From NCBI RefSeq assembly GCF_964194025.1, contig NC_134478.1:5704001-5768000 (forward strand): a DNA stretch of 64,000 bases, written 5' to 3'. The translations under genes were made by a program, and so were the position numbers. Positions 12,296-26,200 of the stretch are shown here, piece after piece; the stretch's first letter is position 1, and each line of letters begins with the position of its first letter. The stretch comes from Convolutriloba macropyga. Taxonomy: Eukaryota. Under the pieces are notes generated by a model, which worked only from the letters and a program-made list of their open reading frames with translations, made no database searches and was not told the origin of the DNA.

Positions 12296-12796
12296 TTTTT
12301 AATAGCCGCGAAGCGATAGCTGAGCCTATAAGTGGCCTTCTCTTGGTTTTTTTTATTTTGTCGTCACGATTTTTGTTACGACCATATGACGTCACAACCA
12401 CTTCAGATCTGCTTTGTGCGTGATGAATTGCGTGCGCGATGTCATTTTTTACTCATAGTGGAGCTGGTTTTTTTGTTCATTCGCCTGATTAAATTTTTGG
12501 TCACACGTGACTTACCTCACTCTTAAAAATAACTTTTGCACTCTGAATTTGACTTTTCTTTACTTTAAATCAGAGATAAGGTAAATGAGTGCTTGTCACT
12601 CTAATTGAAGGTTATTTAAGAGCAGCTAATGGAAAAAGCAGTAAGTTATACAGATTCTTAATCAAAATTTAGCATCTCAGCCCCCTAATGAAAAGAATAA
12701 GTTTCTTTTTTTTTGGTCTGTCTTTTGTACCTTCTTTTTAAGATTACAGATCTATGAAGCTATTGCGGCTATTTTCTGGCATTTGCCAGCTATGTT
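12296..12796 (+). mobile_element. Non-autonomous Helentron/Helitron2-like element (HINE/DINE-type) inserted in the satellite
   Basis: 5' T run plus AATAGCCGC (12301), 3' GCGGCTATT (12765), then hairpin CTGGCA-tt-TGCCAG and CTATGTT; inserted in the T run of tttgcctttctcag without an evident TSD. Confidence 0.72.
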
Positions 12797-15700
12797 CTCA
12801 GAGTGTTATTAGATTTTTCCAACTGCTACCTAGCTGTCAATCTTCACTTGTCGAGAAACAATTGAGGAAACAGAAGGAATCTAAACTTTCAGTTAAGTTG
12901 CCCACAGAAGATCTATTAATGTACTTAATTGCTCTCGAAGTTCAAAAAGATTTTTGAAAAAGTGTGCCTTTTTTACTGCAAAATTTTTCTTGACCGCTTT
13001 CTTCTAGAACGTTATTTTGATTTCACTTCTCCGTAACTTTTTCACGCTTGACTTTTTGATTGTTGAGTAATTTAAGTAACTCTTATACAGAAAGCACATT
13101 TTCCTAAGAGAAAGCAGATTGTGAGATTAACATTCACAAGACCCTGACAACCAAGTGGTTAATGCTTCCCTCTCCTACACCGTAGGTCGCGGGTTCAAAT
13201 GCCTCCAGGTCGTAGGTTTTTGCACCCATAAAAATTATCGAGGCTAATGCCCCCCTCTGAATTAATTTGTCATTTGAGTGCAGTTTTAACCACGTTATGA
13301 ATGATATTAAAAGTTGTACTGTTAGATGCATCTCGTCATAAGAGAATACGCCAATTTACTTTGCCTTTCTCAGGGTGATATTATATTTATCCAGCTAGTT
13401 TCTAGCTGTCAGTCTTCACGTGTCGCGAAACGATTGATTCAAGAGTGATATTATATTTATCCAACTGTTACCTAGCTATCAATCTTCACTTGTTGAGAAA
13501 CAATTGAGTAAACAGAAGGAATCTAAACATTCAGTTAAGTTGCCCACAGAAGATCTGTTAATGTACTTAATTGCTCTCCAACGCAATTCGAAAAAATTAT
13601 TGAAAACGAATGTGCCTTTTTACTGCAAATTTTATTCTTGACCCTTTTCTTCTAAAACGTTATTTTGATATCACTTCTCCGTAACTTTTTTACGCTTGAC
13701 TTTGATTTTTGCGTAATTTAAATAAATTTTATACAGAAAGTACATCTGTCCCTAAAAGAAAGCAAATTGGAAGATCAACATTCACAAGACCCTGATAACC
13801 CAGTGGTTAATGCTTCCCTCTGCTACACCGTAGGTCGCGGGTTCAAACGCCTACGGGTCGGAGTGTTTTGCATCCATAAAAAATATCTAGGCTGATGCCT
13901 CCTCTGAATTAAATTGTCATTTGAGAGCAATTTTCCCTCTTTAAAATAATATGAAAGGTTGTTTTGGTAGATACATCTGGTCATAAGAAAATACGCCAAT
14001 ATACTTAGCCGTTCTCAGAGTGATATTAGATTGTTCCAACTGTTACCTAGCTGTCAATCTTCACTTTTCGCTAAACAATTGAGGAAACAGAAGTAATCTA
14101 AACATTCAGTTAAGTTGCCCACAGAAGATCTGTTAATCTACTTAATTCGTCTTGAACGAAATTCCAAAAAATTGTTGTAAACGTATATGTCTTTTTACTG
14201 CAAAATTTTTTCTTGACCGCTTTCTTCTAAAATGTTTTTGATTTCACTTCTCCGGAACTTTTTACGCTTGACTTTTCGATTACTGCGTAATTTGAATTGC
14301 TCTTATACAGAAAGTACATCTGTTCCTAAAAGGAAGCAGATTTGAGGATCAACATTCACAAGACCCTGACAACCGAGTGGTTAATGCTTCCCTCTTCTAC
14401 ACCATAGGTCGCGGGTTCAAATGCCTCCATGTCGTAGGTTTTTGCACACATAAAAAATTATTGAGGCTAATGACCCCTCTGAATTAATTTGTCAATTGAA
14501 TTCATTTTTTTTCCACGTTATAGGTAATATTAGAAGTTGTACTGTTAGATGCATCTGGTCATAGGATAATACGCCAATATACTTTGCCTTTTCAAGAATG
14601 ATATTATATTTATCCAGCTTTTACCTAGCTATCAATCTTCACTTGTTGGGAAACAATTGAGTGAACATAAGGAATCTAAACTTTCAGTTAAGTTGCCCAC
14701 AGAAGATCTGTTAATGTACTTAATTGCTCTCGAACGAAGTTTGAAAAAATTAATGAAAACATATGTGCCTTTTTACTGCAAAATGTATTCTTGACCCTTT
14801 TCTTCTAAAACGTTATTTTGATTTCACTTTTCCGTAACTTTTTTACGCTTGACTTTTTGATTTTTGCGTAATTTAAGTAAATTTTATACAGAAAGTACAT
14901 CTGTCCCTAAAAGAAAGCAGATTGGAAGATCAACATTCACAAGACCCTGATAACCGAGTAGTTAATGCTTCCCTCTTCTACACCGTAGGTCGTGGATTCA
15001 AAAACCTACGGGTCGGAGGTTTTTGCAACCAAAAAATTATCTAGGCTAATGCCCCCTCTGAAATAAATTTCATTTGAGAGCAATTTTTCCCACGTAAAAA
15101 TAATATTAGAGGTTGTACTGTTAGATACATCTGGTCATATGAAGATGCTTCAATATACTTTGCCTTTCTCAGAGTATGTTAGATTTATCGAACTAGTTTC
15201 TAGCTGTCAATCTTCACGTGTCGCGAAACGTTTGAGGAAACAGAAGGAATCTGAACATTCAGTTAATTTGCCCACATCAGATCTGTTAATGTACTTAATT
15301 GCTCTCAAACGAAGTTCGAAAAAATTATTGTAAACCTGTCTTTTTAGTGCAAAAATTTTTTTTGACCGCTTTCTTCTAAAACGTTCTTTCGATTTCACTT
15401 CTCCGTAACTTTTTTACGCTTGACTTTTTGATTTTTGCGTAATTTAAATAAATTTTATACAGAAAGTACATCGGTCCCTCAAAGAAAGCAGATTGGAAGA
15501 TCAACATTTACAAGAACCTGATAACCGAGTGGTTAATGCTTCCCTCTTCTACACCGTAGGTCGTGGATTCAAACGCCTACGGGTCGGAGATTTTTGCAAC
15601 CAAAAATTATCTAGGCTAATGCCCCCTCTGAATTAAATTTCAATTGAGAGCAATTTTTCCCACGTAAAAATAATATTAGAGGTTGTACTGTTAGATACAT

Positions 15701-17214
15701 CTGGTCATATGAAGATGCGCCAATATACTTTGCTTTTCTCAGAGTATGTTAGATTTATCCAACTAGTTTCTAGCTGTCAATCTTCACGTGTCGCGAAACG
15801 TTCGAGGAAACAGAAGGAATCTGACCATTCAGTTAATTTGCCCACATAAGATCTGTTAATGTACTTAATTGCTCTCAACGATTTTCGAAAAAATTATTGT
15901 AAACCTGTGTCTTTTTAGTGCACAAATTTTTCTTGACCGCTTTCTTCTAAAACGTTCTGTCGATTTAACTTCTACGTAATTTTTTTACGCTTGAGTTTTC
16001 AATTTTTGCGTAATTTGAATTGCTCTTATACAGAAACTACATCTGTTCCTAAAAGAAAGCAGATTGGAAGATCAACATTCACAAGACCCTGACAACTGAG
16101 TGGTTAATGCTTCCCTCTCCTATACCGTAGGTCGCGGGTTCAAACGCCTACGGGTCGGAGGTTTGTGCACCCAAAAAATTATCTAGGTTAATGACCCCTC
16201 TGAATTCAATTTCATTTGAGAGCAATTTTTCCCACGTTAAGAATATTAAAGGTTGTACTGTTAGATACATCTGGTCGTACGTAGCCTTTCTCAGAGTGCA
16301 ATTAGATTTATCCAATTGTTAGCTAGCTGCCAATCTTCACTTCTCGCAAAACAATTGAGGAAACAGAAGTAATCTAAACATTCAGTTAATTTGCCCCTAG
16401 AAGATCTGTTTATGTACCTAATTTGTCTCAAACGAAGTTCCAAAAAATTACTGTAAACGTATAATTTTTTACTGCAAAATTTTGTCTTGACCGCTTTCTT
16501 CTAAAACGTTTTTTTTATTTCACATCTCCGTAACTTTTTTACGCTTGACTTCTCGATTTTTGCGTAATTTAAATTGCTCTTGTGCAGAAAGTACCTCTGT
16601 TTCTAAAAGAAAGCAGATTGGAGGATCAACATTCACAAGACCCTGGCAACCGAGTGGTTAATGCTTCCCTCTCCTACACCGTTGGTCGCGGGATCAAACG
16701 CCTATAGGTCGAAGGTTTTTGCACCCATAGAAAATTATGTAGGCTTTTGCTCCCTCTGCTTAAAATTGTCATTTGAAAGCAATATTTCCCTCTTTAAAAT
16801 AATATGAAAGGTTGTATTGGTAGATACATCTGGTCATAACAAAATACGCCAATATACTTAGCCTTACTCAGAGTGATATTAGATTCATCCAACTGTTACC
16901 TAGCTGTCAATCTTCACTTGTCTCGAAACAATTGAAGAAACAGAAGTAATCTTAACATCCAGTTATGTTGCCCACAGAAGATCTGTTAATGTACTTAATT
17001 GCTCTCGAACGAAGTTCGAAAAAATTATTGTAAACCTGTGTCTTTTTAGTGCAAAATTTTTTCTTGAACGCTTTCTTGTAAAATGTTATTTTGATTTCAC
17101 TTCTCCGTAACTTTTTTACGCTTGACTTTTCAATTTTTGCGTAATTTGAATTGCTCTTATACCGAAAGTACATCTGTTGTAAAAGTAAGCAGATTGGAAG
17201 ATCAACATTCACAA

Positions 17215-17286
17215 GACCCTGACAACCGAGTGGTTATTGCTTCCCTCTCCTACACCGTAGGTCGCGGGTTCAAACGCCTACGGGTC
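17215..17286 (+). ncRNA. Representative 72-nt tRNA-like/SINE-head Pol III unit (one per monomer); not a canonical tRNA
   Basis: GACCC...GGGTC terminal stem; A-box-like AACCGAGTGGTT; B-box-like GGGTTCAAAC at tRNA spacing; TTTTT at 17292-17296; D, anticodon and T stems pair poorly. Confidence 0.6.
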
Positions 17287-20200
17287 GGAGGTTTTTGCAC
17301 CCAAAAAATTAACTAGGCTAATGCCCCCTCTGATTTAAATTGTCATTTGAGAGCAATTTTTCCCACGTTAAGAATAATATTAAAGGTTGTACTGTTAGAT
17401 GCATCTGGTCATAAAAAATGCGCGCCAATATACTTTGACTTTCTCAGAGTGATATTAGATTTATCCAACTAGTTTCTAGCTGTCAGTCTTCACGTGTCGC
17501 GAAGCGATTGAGGAAACAGGAATCTAATCATTCAGTTAATTTGCCCACATAATATCTGTTAATGTACTTAATTGCTCTCGAAAGAAGTTCGAAAAAATTA
17601 TTGTAAACCTGTGTCTCTTTAGTGCAAAATTTTTAATTGACCGCTTTCTTGTAAAATGTTATTTTGATTTCATTTCTCCGTAACTTTTTTACGCTTGACT
17701 TTTCAATTTTTGCGTAATTTGAATTGCTCTTATACAGAAAGTACATCTGCTCCTAAAAGAAAGCAGATTGGAAGATCAACATTCACAAAACCCAGACAAC
17801 CGAGTGGTGAACGCTTCTCTCTCCTACACCGTAGGTCGCGGTTTCAAAGGCCTACGGGTCAGAGGTTTTTGCACCCAAAAAATTATCTAGTCTAATGCCC
17901 CTCTGAGTTAAATTGTCATTTGAGAGCAGTTTTTCCCACGTTAAGAATAATATTAAAGGTTGTACTGTTAGATACATCTGGTCATACTTAGTCTTTCTCA
18001 GAGTGCTATTAGATTTATCCAACTGATAGCTTGCTGCCAATCTTCACTTCTCGCGAAACAATTGAGGAAACAGAAGTAATCTAAACATTCAGTTAAGTTG
18101 CCCACAGAAGATCTGTTAATGTACTTAATTGGTCTCGAACGAAGTTCCAAAACATTATTGTAAACGTATGTCTTTTAACTGCAAAATTTTTTCTTGGCAG
18201 CTTTCTTCTAAAATGTTTTTTATTTCACTTCTCCGTAACTTTTTTACGCTTGACTTCTCGTTTTTTGCGTAATTTAAATTGCTCTTGTGCAGAAAGTACA
18301 TCTGTTCCTAAAAGAAAGCAGATTTGAGGATCAACATTCACAAGGCCCTGACAACCGAGTGGTTAATGCTTCCCTCTCCTACACCGTTGGTCGCGGGATC
18401 AAACGCCTGTAGGTTGAAGGTTTTCGCACCCATAAAAAATTATCTGGGCGATTGCCCCCTCCTATTTAAATTGTCATTTGAGAGCAATATTCCCTCTTTA
18501 AAATAATATGAATGGTTGTATTGGTAGATACATCTGGTCATAAGAAAATACGCCAATATACTTAGCCTTTCTCAGAGTGATATTAGATTCTTCCAACTGT
18601 TACATAGCTGTCAATCTTCACTTGTCGCTAAACAATTGAGGAAACAGAATCAATCCTAACATTCAGTTAAAATGCCCACAGAAGATCTGTTAATGTACTT
18701 AATTGGTCTCTAACGAAGTTCCAAAAAATTGTTGTAAACGCATGTGTCTTTCTACTGCAAAATTTTTTTCTTTGACCGCTTTCCTCTAATATTTTTGATT
18801 TCACTTCTCCGTAACATTTTTACGCTTGACTTTTTGGTTTTTGCGTGATTTGAAAAGCTCTTATACGGAAAGTACATCTGTTCTTTAAAGAAAGGAGATT
18901 GGAAGATCAACATTCGCAAAACCCTGATAACTGAGTGGTTAATGCCTCCCTCTCCTACACCGTAGGTCGCGGGTTCAAACGCCTACAGGTCGGAGGTTTT
19001 TGCACCCATAAAAATTTATATAGGCTAATGCCCCCTCTGAATTAAATTTTCATTTGGATTCAATTTTTTCCACGTTATAAATAATATTAAAAGTTGTACT
19101 GTTAGATGCATCTGGTCATATAAAAATGCGCCAATATACTTTGCCTTTGTCAGAGTGATATTAGATTTATTCAACTAGTTTCTAGCTGTCAGACTTCACG
19201 TGTCGCGAAACGATTGAGGAAACAGAAAGAATCTAAACATTCAGTTAATTTGCCCACATAATATCTGTCAATGTACTTAATTGGTCTCGAACGAAGTTCC
19301 AAAACATTATTGTAAACGTATGTCTTTTTACTGCAAATTTTTTCTTGACCGCTTTCTTCTAAAACGTTTTTTTGATTTCACTTCTCCGTAACTTTTTTAC
19401 GCTTGACTTCTCGATTTTTGCATAATTTAAATTGCTCTTGTGCAGAAAGTACATCTGTTCCTAAAAGAAAGCAGATTTGAGGATCAACATTCACAAGACC
19501 CTGACAACCGAGTGGTTAATGCTTCCCTCTCTTACACCGTTGGTCGTGGGATCAAGCGCCTGTAGGTCGAAGGTTTTTGCACCCATAAAAAATTATCTAG
19601 GCGATTGCCCCCTCTTATTTGAATTGTCATTTGAGAACAATATTCCCTCTTTAAAATAATATGAATGGTTGTATTGGTAGATACATCTGGTCATAAGAAA
19701 ATACGCCAATATACTTAGCCTTTCTCAGAGTGATATTAGATTCTTCCAACTGTTTCCTAGCTGTCAATCTTCACTTGTCGCTAAACAATTGAGGAAACAG
19801 AAGTAATCTTAACATTCAGTTAAGATGCCCACAGAAGATCTGTTAATGTACTTAATTGGTCTTGAAGGAAGTTCCAAAAAATTGTTGTAAACGTATGTGT
19901 CTTTTTACTGCAAAATTTTTCCTTGACCGCTTTCCTCTAATATTTTTGATTTCACTTCTCCGTAACATTTTTACGCTTGACTTTTCGGTTTTTGCGTGAT
20001 TTGAATAGCTCTTATACGGAAAGTACATCTGTTCTTTAAAGAAAGGAGATTGGAAGATCAACATTCGCAAAACCCTGATAAGCGAGTGGTTAATGCTACC
20101 TTCCCCTACACCGTAGGTCGCGGGTTCAAACGCCTACAGGTTGGAGGTTTTTGCACCCGTAAAAAATTATATAGGCTAATGCCCCCTCTGAATTAAATTG

Positions 20201-23200
20201 TCATTTGGATTCAATTTTTTCCACGTTATAAATAATATTTAAAGTTGTACTGTTAGATGCATCTGGTCATAAGAAAATGCGCCAATATACTTTGCCTTTG
20301 TCAGAGTGGTATTAGATTTATTCAACTAGTTTCTAGCTGTCAATCTTCACTTGTCGCTAAACAATTGAGGAAACAGAAGGAATCTAAACATTCAGTTAAT
20401 TTGCCCACATAATATCTGTCAATGTACTTAATTGGTCTCGAACCAAGTTCCAAAACATTATTGTAAACGTATGTCTTTTTACTGCAAATTTTTTCTTGAC
20501 CGTTTTCTTCTAAAACGTTTTTTTGATTTCACTTCTCCGTAACCTTTTTACGCTTGACTTCTCGATTTTTGCATAATTTAAATTGCTCTTGTGCAGAAAG
20601 TACATCTGTTCCTAAAAAAAAGCAGATTTGAGGATCAACATTCACAAGACCCTGGCAACCGAGTGGTTAATGCTTCCCTCTCGTAAACCGTAGGTCGCTG
20701 GATCAAACACCTATAGGTCGAAGGTTTTTGCACCCATAAAAAATTATCTAGGCTATTGCGCCCTCTTATTTAAATTGTCATTTGAGAGCAATTTTCCCTC
20801 TTTAATTTAATATGAAAGGTTGTATTGGTAGATACATCTGGTCATAAGAAAATACGCCAATATACTTAGCCTTTCTCACAGTGATGTTAGATTCTTCCAA
20901 CTGTTACCTAGCTGCCAATCTTCACTTCTCGCGAAACAATTGAGGAAACAGAAGTAACTTAAACATTCAGTTATGTTGCCCACAGAAGATCTTTTAATGT
21001 ACTTAATTGGTCTCGAACGAAGTTCCAAAACATTATTGTAAACGTATGTCTTTTTACTGCAAATTTTTTTCTTGACAGCTTTCTTCTAAAACGTTTTTTT
21101 GATTTCACTTCTCCGTAACTTTTACGCTTGACTTCTCGATTTTTGCATAATTTAAATTGCTCTTGTGCAGAAAGTACATCTGTTCCTAAAAGAAAGCAGA
21201 TTTGAGGATCAACATTAACAAGACCCTGGCAACCGAGTGGTTAATGCTTCCCTCTCCTACACCGTAGGTCGCTGGATCAAACGCCTATAGGTCGAAGGTT
21301 TTTGCACCCATAAAAAATTATCTAGGCTATTGCCCCCTCTTATTTAAATTGTCATTTGAGAGCAATATTCCCTCTTTAAAATAATATGAAAGTTTGTATT
21401 GGTAGATACATCTGGTCATAAGCAAATACACCAATATGCTTAGCCTTTCTCAGAGTGATATTAGATTCTTCCAACTGTTACCTAGCTGTCAATCTTCACT
21501 TGTCGCTAAACAGTTGAGGAAACAGAAGTAATCTTAACATTCAGTTAAGTTGCTCACAGAGGATCTGTTAATGTACCTAATTGGTCTTGAAGGAAGTTCC
21601 AAAAAAAGGTTGTAAACGTATGTGTCTTTTTACTGCAAAATTTCTCCTTGACCGCTTTCCTCTAAAATGTTTTTGATTTCACTTCTCCGTAACGTTTTTA
21701 CGCTTGACTTTTCGATTTTTGTGTAATCTAAATAGCTCTTATACAGAAAGTACATCAGTTCCTAAAAGAAAGCAGATAGCTAGGTAAACATTCACAAGAC
21801 CCTGGAAACCGAGTGGTTAATGCTTCCCTCTCCTACACCGTAGGTCGCAGGTTCAAACGCCTAGGGATCGGAGGTTTTTGCACCCATAAAAAATTATTTA
21901 GGCTATTCCCCCTCTCATTTAAATTGTCATTTGAGAGCAATATTCCCTCTTTAAAATAATATGAAAGGTTTTATTGGTAGATGCATCTGGTCATAAAAAA
22001 TATGCCTATATACTTAGCCTTTCTCAGAGTGATGTTAGATTCTTCCAACTGTTACCTAGCTGCCAATCTTCACTTCTCGCGAAACAATTGAGGAAACAGA
22101 AGTAATCTAAACATTCAGTTATGTTGCCCACAGAAGATCTGTTAATGTACTTAACTGGTCTCGAACGAAGTTCCAAAACATTATTGTAAACGTATGTCTT
22201 TTTACTGCAAAATTTTTCCTTGACCGCTTTCCTCTAAATTGTTTTTGATTTCACTTCTCCGTAACTTTTTACGCTTGACTTTTCGGTTTTTGCGTAATTT
22301 GAATAGCTCTTATACGGAAAGTACATCTGTTCTTTGAAGAAAGGAGATTGGAAGATCAACATTCGCAAAACCCTGATAAGCGAGTGGTTAATGCTACCTT
22401 CTCCTACACCGTAGGTTGCAGGTTCAAACGCCTACAGGTTGGAGGTTTTTGCACCCGTAAAAAATTATATAGGCTTATGCCCCCTCTGAATTAAATTGTC
22501 ATTTGGGTTCAATTTTTTCCACCTTATAAATAATATTAAAAGTTGTACTGTTAGATGCATCTGGTCATAAGAAAATGCGCCAATATACTTTGCCTTTCTC
22601 AGGGTGATATTATATTTATCCAGCTAGTTTCTAGCTGTCAGTCTTCACGTGTCGCGAAACGATTGAGGAAACAGAGGGAATCTAAACATTCAGTTAATTT
22701 GCCAACATAATATCTGTCAATGTAATTAATTGGTCTTGAAGGAAGTTCCAAAAAATTGTTGTAAACGTATGTGTCTTTTTACTGCAAAATTTTTCCTTGA
22801 CCGCTTTCCTCTAAAATGTTCTTTGATTTCACTTCTCCGTATTTTTTTAAGCTTGACTTTCCGATTTTTGCGTAATTGAAATATTGCTCTTGTACAGAAA
22901 GTACATCTGTTCCTAAAAGGAAGCAGATTTGAGGATCAACATTCACAAGACCCTGACAACCGAGTGGTTAATGCTTCCCTCTCCTACACCGTAGGTCGCG
23001 GTGTCAAACGCCTGTAGGTCGAAGGTTTTTGCACCCATAAAAAATTATCTAGGCTATTGCCCCCTCTTATTTAAATTGTCATTTGAGAGCAATATTCCCT
23101 CTTTAAAATAATATGAAAGGTTGTTTTGGTAGATACATCTGGTCATAAGAAAATACGCCAATATACTTAGCCTTTCTCAGAGTGATATTAGATTGTTCCA

Positions 23201-26200
23201 ACTGTTACCTAGCTGTCAATCTTCACTTTTCGCTAAACAATTGAGGAAACAGAAGTAATCTAAACATTCAGTTAAGTTGCCCACAGAAAATCTGTTAATC
23301 TACTTAATTCGTCTTGAACGAATATCCAAAAAATTGTTGTAAACGTATATGTCTTTTTACTGCAAAATTTTTTCTTGACCGCTTTCTTCTAAAATGTTTT
23401 TGATTTCACTTCTCCGGAACTTTTTACGCTTGACTTTTCGATTACTGCGTAATTTGAATTGCTCTTATACAGAAAGTACATCTGTTCCTAAAAGGAAGCA
23501 GATTTGAGGATCAACATTCACAAGACCCTGACAACCGAGTGGTTAATGCTTCCCTCTCTACACCGTAGGTCGCGCTGGCAAACGCCTGTAGGTCGAAGGT
23601 TTTTGCACCCTTAAAAAATTTTCTAGGCTATTGCCGCCTCTGAATTAAATCGTCATTTTAGAGCAATTGTTTCCTCATTAAAAATAATATGAAAGTTTGT
23701 ATTGGTAGATACAGCTGGTCATAAGAGAATACGCCAATATACTCAGCCCTTCTCATAGTGATATTAGATTTATCCAACTGTTACCTAGCTGTCAATCTTC
23801 ACTTGTCGCGAAACGATTGCGGAAACAGGAATCTAAACATTCAGTTTCACAGTAAAGTTGCCCGTAGAAGATCTGCTAATATACCTAATTTCTCTCGAAC
23901 GAAGTTCGAGAAAATATTGTAAATGTGTGTTTTTTACTGCAATATTTTTTCTTGAGCGCTTTTTTCTAAAATGTTCTTTGATTTCACTTCTCCGCATTTT
24001 TTTACGCTTGACTTTCCGGTTTCTGCGTAATTGAAATATTGCTCTTGTACAGAAAGTACATCTGTTCCTAAAAGGAAGCAGATTGGAGGATCAACATTCA
24101 CAAGACCCTGACAACCGAGTGGTTAATGCTTCCCTCTCTACACCGTAGGTCGCGGTGGCAAACGCCTGTAGGTCGAAGGTTTTTGCACCCATAAAAAATT
24201 TTCTAGGCTATTGCCGCCTCTGAATTAAATCGTCATTTTAGAGCAATTTTTCCCTCATTATAAATAATATGAAAGGTTGTATTGGTAGATACATCTAGTC
24301 ATAAGAGAATACGCCAATGTACCTAGCCTTTCTGATAGTGATATTAGATTTATCCAACTGTTACCTAGCTGTCAATCTTCACTTGTCGCGAAACGATAGA
24401 GGAAACAGGAGGAATCTAAACATTCAGTTTCACAGTTAAGTTGCACGTAGAAGATCTCCTAATGTACTCAATTTCTCTCTAACGAAGTTCGAAAAGAATA
24501 TTGTAAATGTGTGTTTTTACTGCAAAATTTTTTCTTGAGCGCTTTTTACTAAAAATGTTATTTTGATTTCACTTCTCCGTATTTTTTTTACGCTTGGTTT
24601 TTCGATTTTTGCGTAATTTAAATAGCTCTTATACAGAAAGTACATCTGTTCCTAAAAGAAAACAGATTGGAAGATCAACATTCACAAGACCCTGATAACC
24701 GAGTGGTTAATGCTTCCCTCTCCTACACCGTAGGTCGCGCTGGCAAACGCCTGTAGGTCGAAGGTTTTTGCACCCTTAAAAAATTTTCTAGGCTATTGCC
24801 GCCTCTGAATTAAATCGTCATTTTAGAGCAATTGTTTCCTCATTAAAAATAATATGAAAGTTTGTATTGGTAGATACAGCTGGTCATAAGAGAATACGCC
24901 AATATACTCAGCCCTTCTCATAGTGATATTAGATTTATCCAACTGTTACCTAGCTGTCAATCTTCACTTGTCGCGAAACGATTGCGGAAACAAAAGGAAT
25001 CTAAACATTCAGTTGCACAGCTAAATTGCCCGTAGAGTATCTGCTAACATACTTAATTTCTCTCAAACGAAGTTCAAAAATATATTGTAAATGTGTGTTT
25101 TTTACTGCAAAATTTCTTGACCGCTTTCTTCTAAGAATGTTATTTTAATTTCACTTCTCCGTAATTTTTTTACGCTTGACTTTTCGATTTTTGCGTAATT
25201 TAAATAGCTCTTATACGGAAAGTACATCAGTTCCTAAAAGGAAGCAGATTTGAGGATCAACATTCACAAGACCCTGACAACCGAGTGGTTAATGCTTCCC
25301 TCTCCTACACCGTATGTCACGGGATCAAACACCTATAGTCGAAGGTTTTTGTACCCATAAAAATTTACCTAAGATAATGCCCCCTCTGAATTAAATCGTC
25401 ATTTGAGAGCAATTTTTCCCTAATTAAAAATAATATGAAAGGTTGTATTGGTAGATACATCTAGTCATAAGAGCATACGCCAATGTACCTAGCCTTTCTG
25501 ATAGTGATATTAGATTTATCCAACTGTTACCTAGCTGTCAATCTTCACTTGTCGCGAAACGATAGAGGAAACAGGAGGAATCTAAACATTCAGTTTCACA
25601 GTTAAGTTGCACGTAGAAGATCTCCTAATGTACTCAATTTCTCTCTAACGAAGTTCGAAAAGAATATTGTAAATGTGTGTTTTTACTGCAAAATTTTTTC
25701 TTGAGCGCTTTTTACTAAAAATGTTATTTTGATTTCACTTCTCCGTATTTTTTTTACGCTTGGTTTTTCGATTTTTGCGTAATTTAAATAGCTCTTATAC
25801 AGAAAGTACATCTGTTCCTAAAAGAAAACAGATTGGAAGATCAACATTCACAAGACCCTGATAACCGAGTGGTTAATGCTTCCCTCTCCTACACCGTAGG
25901 TCGCGCTGGCAAACGCCTGTAGGTCGAAGGTTTTTGCACCCTTAAAAAATTTTCTAGGCTATTGCCGCCTCTGAATTAAATCGTCATTTTAGAGCAATTG
26001 TTTCCTCATTAAAAATAATATGAAAGTTTGTATTGGTAGATACAGCTGGTCATAAGAGAATACGCCATTATACTCAGCCCTTCTCATAGTGATATTAGAT
26101 TTATCCAACTGTTACCTAGCTGTCAATCTTCACTTGTCGCGAAACGATTGCGGAAACAAAAGGAATCTAAACATTCAGTTGCACAGCTAAATTGCCCGTA

